A DNA stretch of 24,000 nt from Pasteurellaceae bacterium 15-036681 (GCA_002002485.1 MQVI01000016.1:1-24000), one strand, 5' to 3'. Positions 10,678 through 18,065 are shown, counted from the first letter of the stretch. A program made the numbers and translations. Notes: a model not told the origin generated them from the sequence alone.

Positions 10678-11169
10678 TTACTCCTGATAGTTTTTATAAT
10701 TTGGTGTCAGAATCAAAAAACATTCTCCATTAAGCCCTAGTCCAAGAATAGCTTTGAAATTCCTTAATGCTTCAGAAGGAGAATTACACATCTGACGGTA
10801 CATTTTTTGTAGGGATAATCGATCCGCAACAATAAAATAGCAATCGGGATTGTAGCGTTGATAATGTCTAAAAATCAAGCTAAATAACACTTCTTTTAAG
10901 TTTTGATATTTGCTCTTAGTTAAATGATAATTTTTAGGTGCACTGTACAATTCTCCTTGATAGTGATCGTCATAAAAAATTTCAGATAAACTAAATTCTA
11001 CAGTGTAAGTGTGCTTACCACGAGTTAAACGTGAAATTACCTCATCAAAATCCAAACTACCCTCGACAGCATAGGTAAATGAGATTGTATAAGCGACATC
11101 ATTTACGTAAAAATCTGCATATTGATAAATAAAGCCATCATCATTGAGTTCATTAAAAATAATCTCCAT
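10678..11169 (-). CDS. Hypothetical protein, 163 aa; no family recognised.
   Basis: Intact ORF with a strong SD (TAGGAGGACTAATG). It is more AT-rich by eye than the flanking lacY and regulator genes. There is no signal peptide or TM segment and no motif I can assign. Confidence 0.75.
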   Translation of the reverse strand: MEIIFNELNDDGFIYQYADFYVNDVAYTISFTYAVEGSLDFDEVISRLTRGKHTYTVEFSLSEIFYDDHYQGELYSAPKNYHLTKSKYQNLKEVLFSLIFRHYQRYNPDCYFIVADRLSLQKMYRQMCNSPSEALRNFKAILGLGLNGECFLILTPNYKNYQE

Positions 11170-11232
11170 TAGTCCTCCTATAATTCTTTTTTTATAGGGT
11201 TATTCTGCTCAAAACAATTTCATTACACAAAG

Positions 11233-11279
11233 CTCAAATATTATTTTTTCGACGAAAATCGTAAAAATAATATTTTGAG
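11233..11279. repeat. Long AT-rich inverted repeat in the divergent promoter region
   Basis: ctcaaatattatttttt (11233..11249) pairs with aaaaataatattttgag (11263..11279). The arms are complementary apart from a 1-nt register slip (AAA vs AAAA). The inner part cgacgaaaatcg also contains CGA...TCG. Confidence 0.5.
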
Positions 11280-11313
11280 ATTGAAACAACTTAAGAACTA
11301 TGATTAGCTAACA
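11275..11313 (+). promoter_or_regulatory. Candidate promoter of the LacI-family gene with an overlapping operator-like site TGATTAGCTAACA
   Basis: TTGAGA (11275..11280), 18 nt, TATGAT (11299..11304). The TTAGCTAA perfect 8-bp palindrome within 11301..11313 overlaps the -10 and predicted TSS, 23 nt upstream of the ATG. Confidence 0.4.
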
Positions 11314-11335
11314 AAATTGCATTTAAGGGGGATAT

Positions 11336-12331
11336 ATGACTTCATTAAAAGATGTGGCGGAATTAGCAAAAGTATCAATGATGACAGTTTCTCGTGCTTT
11401 GAATTCACCAGAAAAGCTTAATTCTGAAACTTACCAACGGGTAAAGTCAGCCATAGAACAACTCAATTATGAACCCGATCCTACGACTCGTAGCTCGCGC
11501 AAAACCAAAGAGAAAACCGTTGCGGTACTTTCGCTAGGCACGGCAACCACGCCCCTTTCTGTCGATATCCTACTTGCCATAGAACAAACCGCTTACCAAC
11601 ATCGTTGGAATACCTTAGTGATTAATGTCTTTGAAGATAATCCTCGCCAATTTGAACAAGCCGTTGAGCGTGTTATTCAATATCGCCCAACAGGAATTAT
11701 TATTGCACGCAACGGTTTAAAGAATATTAAAATCCCACGTAAATTGCGTGATTTCCCAATAGTGTTAGCAAATTGTGTGACTGATGATATTCAAGTGGCA
11801 AGCTATATTCCCGATGATTATCAAGGACAACGAGATATTGCACGTTTAATCGTAGAAAAAGGCTATCGCAAACCACTGTTTTTACATATTCCCATTAACT
11901 ATATTGCCACTCAAAATCGCAAACAGGGCTTTGAAGATGTATGGTTTAGTCAAGAAAGTCCACTGCAACCGGTGCATTTCTTTATGCAACCTGATGAAGA
12001 AAATTATTTAGGGGGCGCAAAGCCGTTGGCGGATTTATTAGAAAATGGAGAACCGTTTGATTTTGATGTAGTGGTATGTGGCAATGATCGCATTGCTTTT
12101 GTCGCTTACCAGTTATTGCTAAGAAAGGGGCTTAAAATTCCTGAAGACGTTGCAGTAACAGGTTATGACAATATGGTAGGGGTCGCTCATCTATTTTTAC
12201 CGCCCCTAACCACTGTTCAACTACCCCATTATGAAATGGGCGAGCAAGCAATGCTACATTTTATTCAAGGTCGAACAGAGAAAGAAACTGTAGCATTAAA
12301 ATGCTCGTTGATTGCAAGGCAATCGGTATAA
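11336..12331 (+). CDS. LacI/GalR-family transcriptional regulator
   Basis: 331-aa ORF. It has the N-terminal HTH LKDVAELAKVSMMTVSRALN and a periplasmic-binding-protein-like sugar-binding core (..VVCGNDRIAFVAYQLL...GLKIPEDVAVTGYDN). AAGGGGGA lies upstream of the ATG. The effector cannot be read from the sequence. Confidence 0.9.
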   Translation: MTSLKDVAELAKVSMMTVSRALNSPEKLNSETYQRVKSAIEQLNYEPDPTTRSSRKTKEKTVAVLSLGTATTPLSVDILLAIEQTAYQHRWNTLVINVFEDNPRQFEQAVERVIQYRPTGIIIARNGLKNIKIPRKLRDFPIVLANCVTDDIQVASYIPDDYQGQRDIARLIVEKGYRKPLFLHIPINYIATQNRKQGFEDVWFSQESPLQPVHFFMQPDEENYLGGAKPLADLLENGEPFDFDVVVCGNDRIAFVAYQLLLRKGLKIPEDVAVTGYDNMVGVAHLFLPPLTTVQLPHYEMGEQAMLHFIQGRTEKETVALKCSLIARQSV

Positions 12332-12338
12332 ATATTAT

Positions 12339-13931
12339 CTACTCCACATCAATCCCATAGAAGTTGTGTGCCATAAATGGACTTGGCACATAGCCTTTTA
12401 CTTCTTTGCGGATTGGGAAGAATACCGTTGAGTGCGCAATTGGGAGCCATACTGCTAACTCTTTCATCTTCACTTGTGCATCTTTATAGATCTGCTCACG
12501 CTCTGCTTTATCATTGATTTGAGACGCTTTATTGATCGCTTCATCAAACTCTTTATCGCAGAAGCCTGCATAGTTTGAGCCTAACTCAACGGCATTACAG
12601 GTTAAAAGTGGGGTAAAGAAGTTATCTGGGTCGCCATTATCGCCCGTCCAGCCCATCATACCTGTGGCGTGTTCGCCTTTTGCCATACGTTTAAGGTACT
12701 CGCCCCATTCATAGCTAACAATCTTCGCCTGTACGCCGATCTGCGCCCAGTCGTGTTGGATCATCTCTGCCATACGGCGTGCATTTGGGTTATAAGGACG
12801 TGAAACAGGCATCGCCCAAAGTTCTGTTTCAAAACCATTTTCAAAGCCGGCTTCTTTCAACAATTCTTTGGCTTTTTCAGGATTATATTCAAAATCAACC
12901 ACATTATCGTTATAGCCCCAAACTGACGGCGGAATCGGGTTTTTCGCTTTTAAGCCTGCGCCTTGATAAACAGACTCTAACACTGCATCTTTATTTACCG
13001 CATAGTTTAACGCTTTACGTACAAGCACATTATCCAACGGTTTTTGGCGTGCATTAAGCGTGATATAGCCGATATTTAAGCCCGGATTCTCAAGCACATT
13101 GATATTTGGATCGGCTTTTAGCGTTGGTAAATCCGCAGGATTCGGATAAGGAATCGCTTGGCACTCATTTTTTTGAAGTTTTGCCGTACGCACTGTTGCA
13201 TCAGGGGTTACCGTAAAGATTAAGCGGTCAATTTTTGACTTACCCTGCCAGTATTGTGGAAACGCCATAAAACGCACATTTGCATCTTTTTGGTGAGAAT
13301 AGAATGAATATGGGCCTGTGCCAATCGGGTTGGTATCTACTTTTTCTGGTGTGCCTGCTTTTAGCATTTTATCTGCATATTCCGCCGATAAAATCGCCCC
13401 ATAATCTAAGGCAAGATTTGATAAAAATGGTGCATTTGGCACTTTTAAAGTGAATTTCACAATGTAATCATCGACTTTTTCAACGGTATCAATAATATTT
13501 TGCATATCCACACCAGTGAATAATTCATAGCTACCGCCAGAAACTTTGTGGTATGGATTATTTTCATCAATAAAACGAGTGTATGAGAACACCACATCAT
13601 CGGCATTGAAATCACGAGTTGGTTTGAAGTCTTTATTTGAGTGGAATTTTACGTTTTTACGCAGAGTAAGAAGATAAGTTTTGCCGTCGTCAGAGACTTG
13701 CCATTTTTCAGCAAGAGAAGGAATGATGTTCGTTGTGCCTTTTTCAAAGGCGATCAAGCGGTCGAAAACGGCTTGCCCAACGTCAAAACTTGCACCGTCT
13801 GTTGCCATTTGTGGATTAAGAAACATTGGCGAAGATTCAACGCAATAGGTAAAAGTTTTGATCGGGGCTGCATAAGCGCTATTTAGAGCAAAGGCGGAGA
13901 TCAATGTGGCTAATGTTGTGAGCTTTTTCAT
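12339..13931 (-). CDS. DppA-like periplasmic peptide-binding protein, second paralogue. Start moved to the internal Met, giving 530 aa.
   Basis: Collinear with the first DppA, of identical length, and roughly two-thirds identical by eye. Long identical blocks include FKPTRDFNADDV, NPYHKVSGG, WAMPVSRPYNPNARRMAE and MMGWTGDNGDPDNF. The signal peptide is MKKLTTLATLISAFALNSAYA/AP. ATG 13931..13929 is preceded by AAGGA. No permease or ATPase genes are adjacent. Confidence 0.85.
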   Translation of the reverse strand: MKKLTTLATLISAFALNSAYAAPIKTFTYCVESSPMFLNPQMATDGASFDVGQAVFDRLIAFEKGTTNIIPSLAEKWQVSDDGKTYLLTLRKNVKFHSNKDFKPTRDFNADDVVFSYTRFIDENNPYHKVSGGSYELFTGVDMQNIIDTVEKVDDYIVKFTLKVPNAPFLSNLALDYGAILSAEYADKMLKAGTPEKVDTNPIGTGPYSFYSHQKDANVRFMAFPQYWQGKSKIDRLIFTVTPDATVRTAKLQKNECQAIPYPNPADLPTLKADPNINVLENPGLNIGYITLNARQKPLDNVLVRKALNYAVNKDAVLESVYQGAGLKAKNPIPPSVWGYNDNVVDFEYNPEKAKELLKEAGFENGFETELWAMPVSRPYNPNARRMAEMIQHDWAQIGVQAKIVSYEWGEYLKRMAKGEHATGMMGWTGDNGDPDNFFTPLLTCNAVELGSNYAGFCDKEFDEAINKASQINDKAEREQIYKDAQVKMKELAVWLPIAHSTVFFPIRKEVKGYVPSPFMAHNFYGIDVE

Positions 13932-13959
13932 ATTGTGTCCTTTATTTTTTAAATTATTG

Positions 13960-13998
13960 ATAAAAAGAAACCCCCCGAAAGTTATCTTCCGAGGGGTT
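13960..13998 (-). terminator. Attenuator terminator (segments 3:4) in the leader of the second dppA paralogue
   Basis: Minus strand AACCCCTCGGAAG-ATAA-CTTTCGGGGGGTT forms a 13-bp stem including two G-U pairs. It is followed by TCTTTTTAT and lies 29 nt upstream of the SD. Confidence 0.8.
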
Positions 13999-14045
13999 GA
14001 AATTTGTTTTGGCTTTTTTGCTATTTGCATTCGCTACACATTTCG

Positions 14046-14083
14046 CTCGGAAGTTTCTTCCGAACACACAAAATGCCCGAAAG
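14046..14083 (-). promoter_or_regulatory. Attenuator segments 1, 2a and 2b (alternative pairing partners)
   Basis: Segment 1 is CUUUCGGG (14083..14076), 2a is UUCGGAAG (14064..14057) and 2b is CUUCCGAG (14053..14046). 2a:2b form a hairpin with an AAA loop. 2b is the exact reverse complement of CUCGGAAG in terminator arm 3. Segment 1 can pair with 2a through 5 Watson-Crick and 3 G-U pairs. Confidence 0.65.
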
Positions 14084-14084
14084 A

Positions 14085-14129
14085 TTATTCAGGTAAATGG
14101 TGATGATGATGTTTGCGAATGTTGTTCAT
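14085..14129 (-). CDS. His-rich leader peptide MNNIRKHHHHHLPE (14 codons)
   Basis: ATG 14129..14127 is preceded by GGAG at 5-nt spacing. The codons CAT CAT CAT CAC CAT occupy 14111..14097, with stop TAA at 14087..14085. It sits between a good promoter and a terminator, in the same layout as hisL. Confidence 0.75.
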   Translation of the reverse strand: MNNIRKHHHHHLPE

Positions 14130-14156
14130 AATAGCTCCAAAAATTGCTTAATGGAG

Positions 14157-14185
14157 AATATAGCTGAATTGACATTGAAATGCAA
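14157..14185 (-). promoter_or_regulatory. Sigma70-type promoter of the His-leader/dppA-paralogue transcript
   Basis: Minus strand TTGCAT (14185..14180), 17 nt, TATATT (14162..14157). The predicted TSS is about 20 nt upstream of the leader ATG. Confidence 0.6.
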
Positions 14186-14268
14186 AGGGTCTACCAAAAA
14201 ATTTACAAAATTATTTTCATTATAGAAAGATAAGCGGTTATTTTTAGGAGAAATTTTGCATGCAATAA

Positions 14269-14300
14269 CTAAAAATCCCTCCACATTCAATGTCAGGGAT
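14269..14300 (-). terminator. Rho-independent terminator of the siderophore ABC operon
   Basis: Minus strand ATCCCTGACATT-G-AATGTGGAGGGAT followed by TTTTTAG, 29 nt after the ATPase stop. Confidence 0.7.
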
Positions 14301-14329
14301 AATAAGAATATATAAGCCGTATAGATATC

Positions 14330-15088
14330 TTACATATGATGTACTACAAGTGGTTTTCCTTGATGTTCTAAGACTTGAGCATCAAGGTTAAAGAGAATTT
14401 TCAAATTCGCTTCTGTAATGATTTTTTCTGGCGATCCGATCATCTCAATTTTACCGTTTTTCATTGCTATAATAGTATCAGCATAGGCAGATGCCATATT
14501 AATATCGTGTACCACCATAACCGTAGTCAGTTTTAATTCATCGGTTAAACGACGCAGTAAGCGCATTAGTTCACGAGCATGGAACATATCCAAATTATTC
14601 AGCGGCTCATCAAGTAATACATAGCTAGTTTGCTGACAAAATGTCATCGCAATCAGAGCGCGTTGACGTTGCCCTCCAGAAAGCTCACTTAAAAATCGAT
14701 CTTTCAAATCAACTAGTTCAAATCGAACTAATGCATCTTCAACAATTTCTCTATCTTCATCTTGAATCCGCCCTTGATGGTGTGGATAGCGGCCAAACAT
14801 CAGTAAATCGTTAACAGTAATTCTGCTATGAATAGAATTGTCTTGGGTAAGAATCGCTAAATGTCGGGCGATAGTACGTGATGGACTTTTGCTAATATCC
14901 AAATCATTTAAGTGAATTTCACCTTGCTGTATCGGTTGCAGACGAGCGATCAATGAAAGAAGAGTCGATTTACCCGCACCATTTGCACCAATAAGGGCAG
15001 TAATTCCGCCATCGTTAATGGTTAAGTTAATACCATCTAAAATCAAATTATTATCGATTTTGTGGGAAAGATTGGTTATTTTTATCAT
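14330..15088 (-). CDS. Iron-siderophore ABC transporter ATP-binding protein (FecE/FepC/CeuD/VctC type)
   Basis: 252-aa ORF with Walker A GANGAGKST, signature LSGGQRQR, Walker B YVLLDEP and H-loop VVHD. It is the last gene of an operon ordered SBP-permease-permease-ATPase. Confidence 0.9.
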   Translation of the reverse strand: MIKITNLSHKIDNNLILDGINLTINDGGITALIGANGAGKSTLLSLIARLQPIQQGEIHLNDLDISKSPSRTIARHLAILTQDNSIHSRITVNDLLMFGRYPHHQGRIQDEDREIVEDALVRFELVDLKDRFLSELSGGQRQRALIAMTFCQQTSYVLLDEPLNNLDMFHARELMRLLRRLTDELKLTTVMVVHDINMASAYADTIIAMKNGKIEMIGSPEKIITEANLKILFNLDAQVLEHQGKPLVVHHM

Positions 15089-15140
15089 TTAAATTCCTTA
15101 TGTTTACCCCCTCTCTGGCAAGCGAGTTAGAGCTGATATA

Positions 15141-16088
15141 TTATTTCTTACGTTTTAACATCAAATAAATAAACACAATACCGCCAACAAATTCAATTAC
15201 CACGCTTAGTACTCCTTGCATTTTAAGTATTTGTTCAAAGACTAATTGCCCTAAAATAAGCGTTATTGCTGAAACCATAAAGACCATAGGAATCCTTATG
15301 TTATGGTGCATTTGGGGAGCAATTGCATTAACGAGTGCGCAAATTAATAATCCTAAAAAGAGTACTGGACCTACTAATGCTGTTGAGACTGAAACAAGTA
15401 GTGCACAGCAGATAAGTAATTGACGTGAAAATTTATGGTAATCTAAACCTAGTCCAATCGCTCCATCTTTACCAAGGAGTAATACGTCTAGCTTGTGATG
15501 CTGTTTCCAGATCCAAACTACTGACAATAATGTAATCACTAAGCCGATCCAAATTAAACTTGGTTTAGCACTATTAAAATCAGCGAAAGAAGAACCTTGT
15601 GCTATTGCAAACTCTGTTGGATCGACCATTCGTTGTAAGAAATTATTTAAGCTTCTAAACAGCACCCCAAATATCACACCAATTAAAATCATACGTGTAA
15701 TATCGGTTTTACCTTTAGTTAAGGTTAAAAATAGTAATAATGAGCCACCAAGCATTAAGCAAGTTTCTAGCAAAAACTTACCGCTTGCATCTAATTGAGT
15801 AAATCCCAAGCCACCGAATATAAAAACTAAAGCAGTTTGTATAAGCAAGTAGAGCGAATCAAATCCCAATATGCTCGGTGTTAAAATAGGATTATGAGTT
15901 AAGGTTTGAAATAATAGTGTTGAAATACCGATACTGTAGCCAATAATAATCAGCATTAATAGCTTTTTACCACGTAAGGATAATACAAAATCCCAGTTTC
16001 CTTTAACGTTATAAGTTAAGAACGCAATGCTTACTACCGTTAAGCAAACAAGTAGTAAATTAATAATAAATTTTGATGATCTAGCCAT
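15141..16088 (-). CDS. Iron-siderophore ABC transporter permease (FecCD family)
   Basis: 315-aa polytopic membrane protein with a FecCD-like pattern. Its ATG overlaps the upstream permease stop by 8 nt (ATGGCTAG), indicating translational coupling. Confidence 0.88.
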   Translation of the reverse strand: MARSSKFIINLLLVCLTVVSIAFLTYNVKGNWDFVLSLRGKKLLMLIIIGYSIGISTLLFQTLTHNPILTPSILGFDSLYLLIQTALVFIFGGLGFTQLDASGKFLLETCLMLGGSLLLFLTLTKGKTDITRMILIGVIFGVLFRSLNNFLQRMVDPTEFAIAQGSSFADFNSAKPSLIWIGLVITLLSVVWIWKQHHKLDVLLLGKDGAIGLGLDYHKFSRQLLICCALLVSVSTALVGPVLFLGLLICALVNAIAPQMHHNIRIPMVFMVSAITLILGQLVFEQILKMQGVLSVVIEFVGGIVFIYLMLKRKK

Positions 16089-17034
16089 TGCGCTTGCCCT
16101 TAAATAGTAGGTAAAGGAAAATCAGTGTGCCGACCACACCGAATAGGGTTGAAATTGGGATCTCGTAAGGTGCATTTACTATGCGCCCTAAAATATCACA
16201 AAATAGCACTAAGTTAGCACCGAATAACGCAACGGATGGTAAATTATGACGTAGGCGATCACCTGCTAGGCGAGAAACAATATTGGGCACGACGAGTCCA
16301 ATAAAAGGGATTTGCCCTACTGTAACCACGACGACAGATGTAATCATGGCTACGATAAACAGCGCAATCCATGTCATTTGACGATAGTTTACTCCTAAAC
16401 TTGTACTAAGATTACGACCCAAGCCGGCAATACTTAGTCTATCTGCCATAATATAGACTAGAATTCCGAGGCCAGCAGTGAACCAAAGTAGTTCATATCG
16501 CCCTGCAAGTATCCCTGAAAAATCACCAGAGAACCAGATGTATAGCACTTGTAGGCTATCTGTTTCATAAGCAATAAAAGTACTGATTGATTCAATGATA
16601 TTACCAAATACAATCCCAACTAAAGGAACCATCAAATGTTGATAAGGCGGTAGGCGGTTCAAAAGTAGTGAAAAGATCCCCATTCCAATGAGTGCAGAAA
16701 GCGTCGCCAACGACATTTTTACTATCAAAGCTGAGGTTGGGAAAAGTAAGCTAGTAAGTAAAATTCCCAAGCCAGCACTTTGGCTTGCACCAATCATACT
16801 CGGTTCGATAAAGCGATTTTTAAGTACGATTTGCAATACCATTCCAGCAATAGCAAGTGTTGCTCCCACAAGAACTACAGCAAGAGTACGTGGTAAGCGG
16901 CTAACAAATAGCAACTGAGTTTGCTCTGGTTGGCTAAAAATATTTTGCCAATGAAAATCTGCAACCCCAGTAGTGATACTAATTGGGCAGAGAATAAAAA
17001 GGATAAGTAGGTTTATTTTGTTTAAAGAGAGCAT
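16081..17034 (-). CDS. Iron-siderophore ABC transporter permease (FecCD family)
   Basis: 317-aa polytopic membrane protein. Motifs include RLPRTLAVVLVGATLAIAGMVLQ and GQIPFIGLVVPNIVR, typical of FecCD/BtuC-type permeases. Confidence 0.88.
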   Translation of the reverse strand: MLSLNKINLLILFILCPISITTGVADFHWQNIFSQPEQTQLLFVSRLPRTLAVVLVGATLAIAGMVLQIVLKNRFIEPSMIGASQSAGLGILLTSLLFPTSALIVKMSLATLSALIGMGIFSLLLNRLPPYQHLMVPLVGIVFGNIIESISTFIAYETDSLQVLYIWFSGDFSGILAGRYELLWFTAGLGILVYIMADRLSIAGLGRNLSTSLGVNYRQMTWIALFIVAMITSVVVVTVGQIPFIGLVVPNIVSRLAGDRLRHNLPSVALFGANLVLFCDILGRIVNAPYEIPISTLFGVVGTLIFLYLLFKGKRNG

Positions 17035-17050
17035 AATCCATTACAAATGA

Positions 17051-17078
17051 TTTTCCTTGCCCTTGGAGGCAAGGAAAA
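17051..17078 (-). other. Intra-operon hairpin between the binding-protein and permease genes
   Basis: Perfect 11-bp stem ttttccttgcc (17051..17061) / ggcaaggaaaa (17068..17078). There is no clear U-tract on the minus strand, so it is more likely an mRNA stability or partial-termination element. Confidence 0.4.
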
Positions 17079-17090
17079 GAGGAAAGAACG

Positions 17091-17990
17091 TTATTTATTT
17101 TCAAACGCTTGTTTGATATTGGTTAAATCCATTCTAAGTTGTTCAATGCCACCTGGTGCAAGGTAAGAAGCATTGCTTAAATAGACAATATGGCCATTTT
17201 TCCATGCTTTTGTTTGATGGATAAGTGCATTATCTAGTACTTCTTGTGCACTTTTTCCTTCTTGTCCGATAGATGCTATGCGGTCCATAACAAATAACCA
17301 ATCAGGATTTAATTTTTGGATAAATTCAAAACTAACGGGTTTACCATGGCCAGCAATTTTAATGCTGTCATCTGCCATTGGAATACCTAAGCTATTGTGA
17401 ATCCAGCTTAAACGATAACCTGAACCAAAAGCTGAGATTTTTCCGCCATTCACCATGATAATTAAACCATTACCTTTACCTTTTACAGCTTGTTGGGTTT
17501 CTTTATATAAGGTTTCAATTTCAGTTTTTAATTTATCAGCTTGTTCTTGTTTATCGAATAATTTTCCAAAGCTATCGAGGCGTTTTAAGCCATCTTCAAT
17601 AAGTTTGTCACCATTATCAGTCATATCAATAGTTTGTGCGATTGCACTGACATCATCAAATTTCTTTGCAGAACGAGTGCCTACAATAATTAAATCAGGT
17701 TTTAGAGCATGTAATGCCTCTAAATCTGGTTCAAATACAGTTCCCACAAAAGTAGCATTATCAAAAGTTGATTTTGCGTAGGGCAATACTTTAACTGCAT
17801 TAGCAATACCATCTACTTTTACACCTAGTGCATGCAATGTATCGATACTACCAGTGTCATATACAGCTATTTTTGCTGGTGGAGCATCAATAGTTACATT
17901 ACCACGAGCGGTGGGAATTGTTACTTCTTTTGCAAATACCGAACCGATGGTCATTAAACAACCTAATGTGATCAATGTCTTTTTGAACAT
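17091..17990 (-). CDS. Periplasmic iron-siderophore binding protein (class III SBP, CeuE/VctP/YclQ-like)
   Basis: 299-aa ORF with signal peptide MFKKTLITLGCLMTIGSVFA/KE. Sequence features match the Peripla_BP_2 type (PDLIIVG, DWLFVMDR). It is the first gene behind a Fur box. The substrate cannot be read from the sequence. Confidence 0.85.
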   Translation of the reverse strand: MFKKTLITLGCLMTIGSVFAKEVTIPTARGNVTIDAPPAKIAVYDTGSIDTLHALGVKVDGIANAVKVLPYAKSTFDNATFVGTVFEPDLEALHALKPDLIIVGTRSAKKFDDVSAIAQTIDMTDNGDKLIEDGLKRLDSFGKLFDKQEQADKLKTEIETLYKETQQAVKGKGNGLIIMVNGGKISAFGSGYRLSWIHNSLGIPMADDSIKIAGHGKPVSFEFIQKLNPDWLFVMDRIASIGQEGKSAQEVLDNALIHQTKAWKNGHIVYLSNASYLAPGGIEQLRMDLTNIKQAFENK

Positions 17991-18010
17991 TCAAAACTCC
18001 TTTTTATTAA

Positions 18011-18025
18011 CGATAATAATTATCA
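18011..18025. promoter_or_regulatory. Fur box
   Basis: cGATAATaATTATCa is a perfect GATAAT-n-ATTATC palindrome. It matches the 7-1-7 Fur motif tGATAATnATTATCa at 14 of 15 positions and sits between the -10 and the SD of the binding-protein gene. Confidence 0.7.
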
Positions 18026-18029
18026 ATAG

Positions 18030-18058
18030 ATTGTAGCTAGGTTTTTCAAGTTTGTAAA
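18030..18058 (-). promoter_or_regulatory. Sigma70 promoter of the siderophore ABC operon
   Basis: Minus strand TTTACA (18058..18053), 17 nt, TACAAT (18035..18030). Confidence 0.55.
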
Positions 18059-18065
18059 TTACAGG

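Noticed and set aside
13932-14030. 33-codon N-terminal extension of the second dppA paralogue
   Set aside because: It would run through the attenuator terminator and U-tract. The Met at 13931 has an AAGGA SD and a canonical signal peptide, and gives the same 530-aa length as the first paralogue.
13906-14103. 65-aa plus-strand ORF overlapping the leader region of the second dppA paralogue
   Set aside because: It is antisense to a coherent promoter, leader-peptide and terminator arrangement. It has no SD and a hydrophobic, low-complexity translation.
17931-17990. Possible lipobox (ITLGC) in the siderophore-binding protein
   Set aside because: The Cys is at residue 11 with only about 6 hydrophobic residues before it, and the -3 position is not Leu/Val/Ile. 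A type I cleavage after SVFA (residue 20) fits better.
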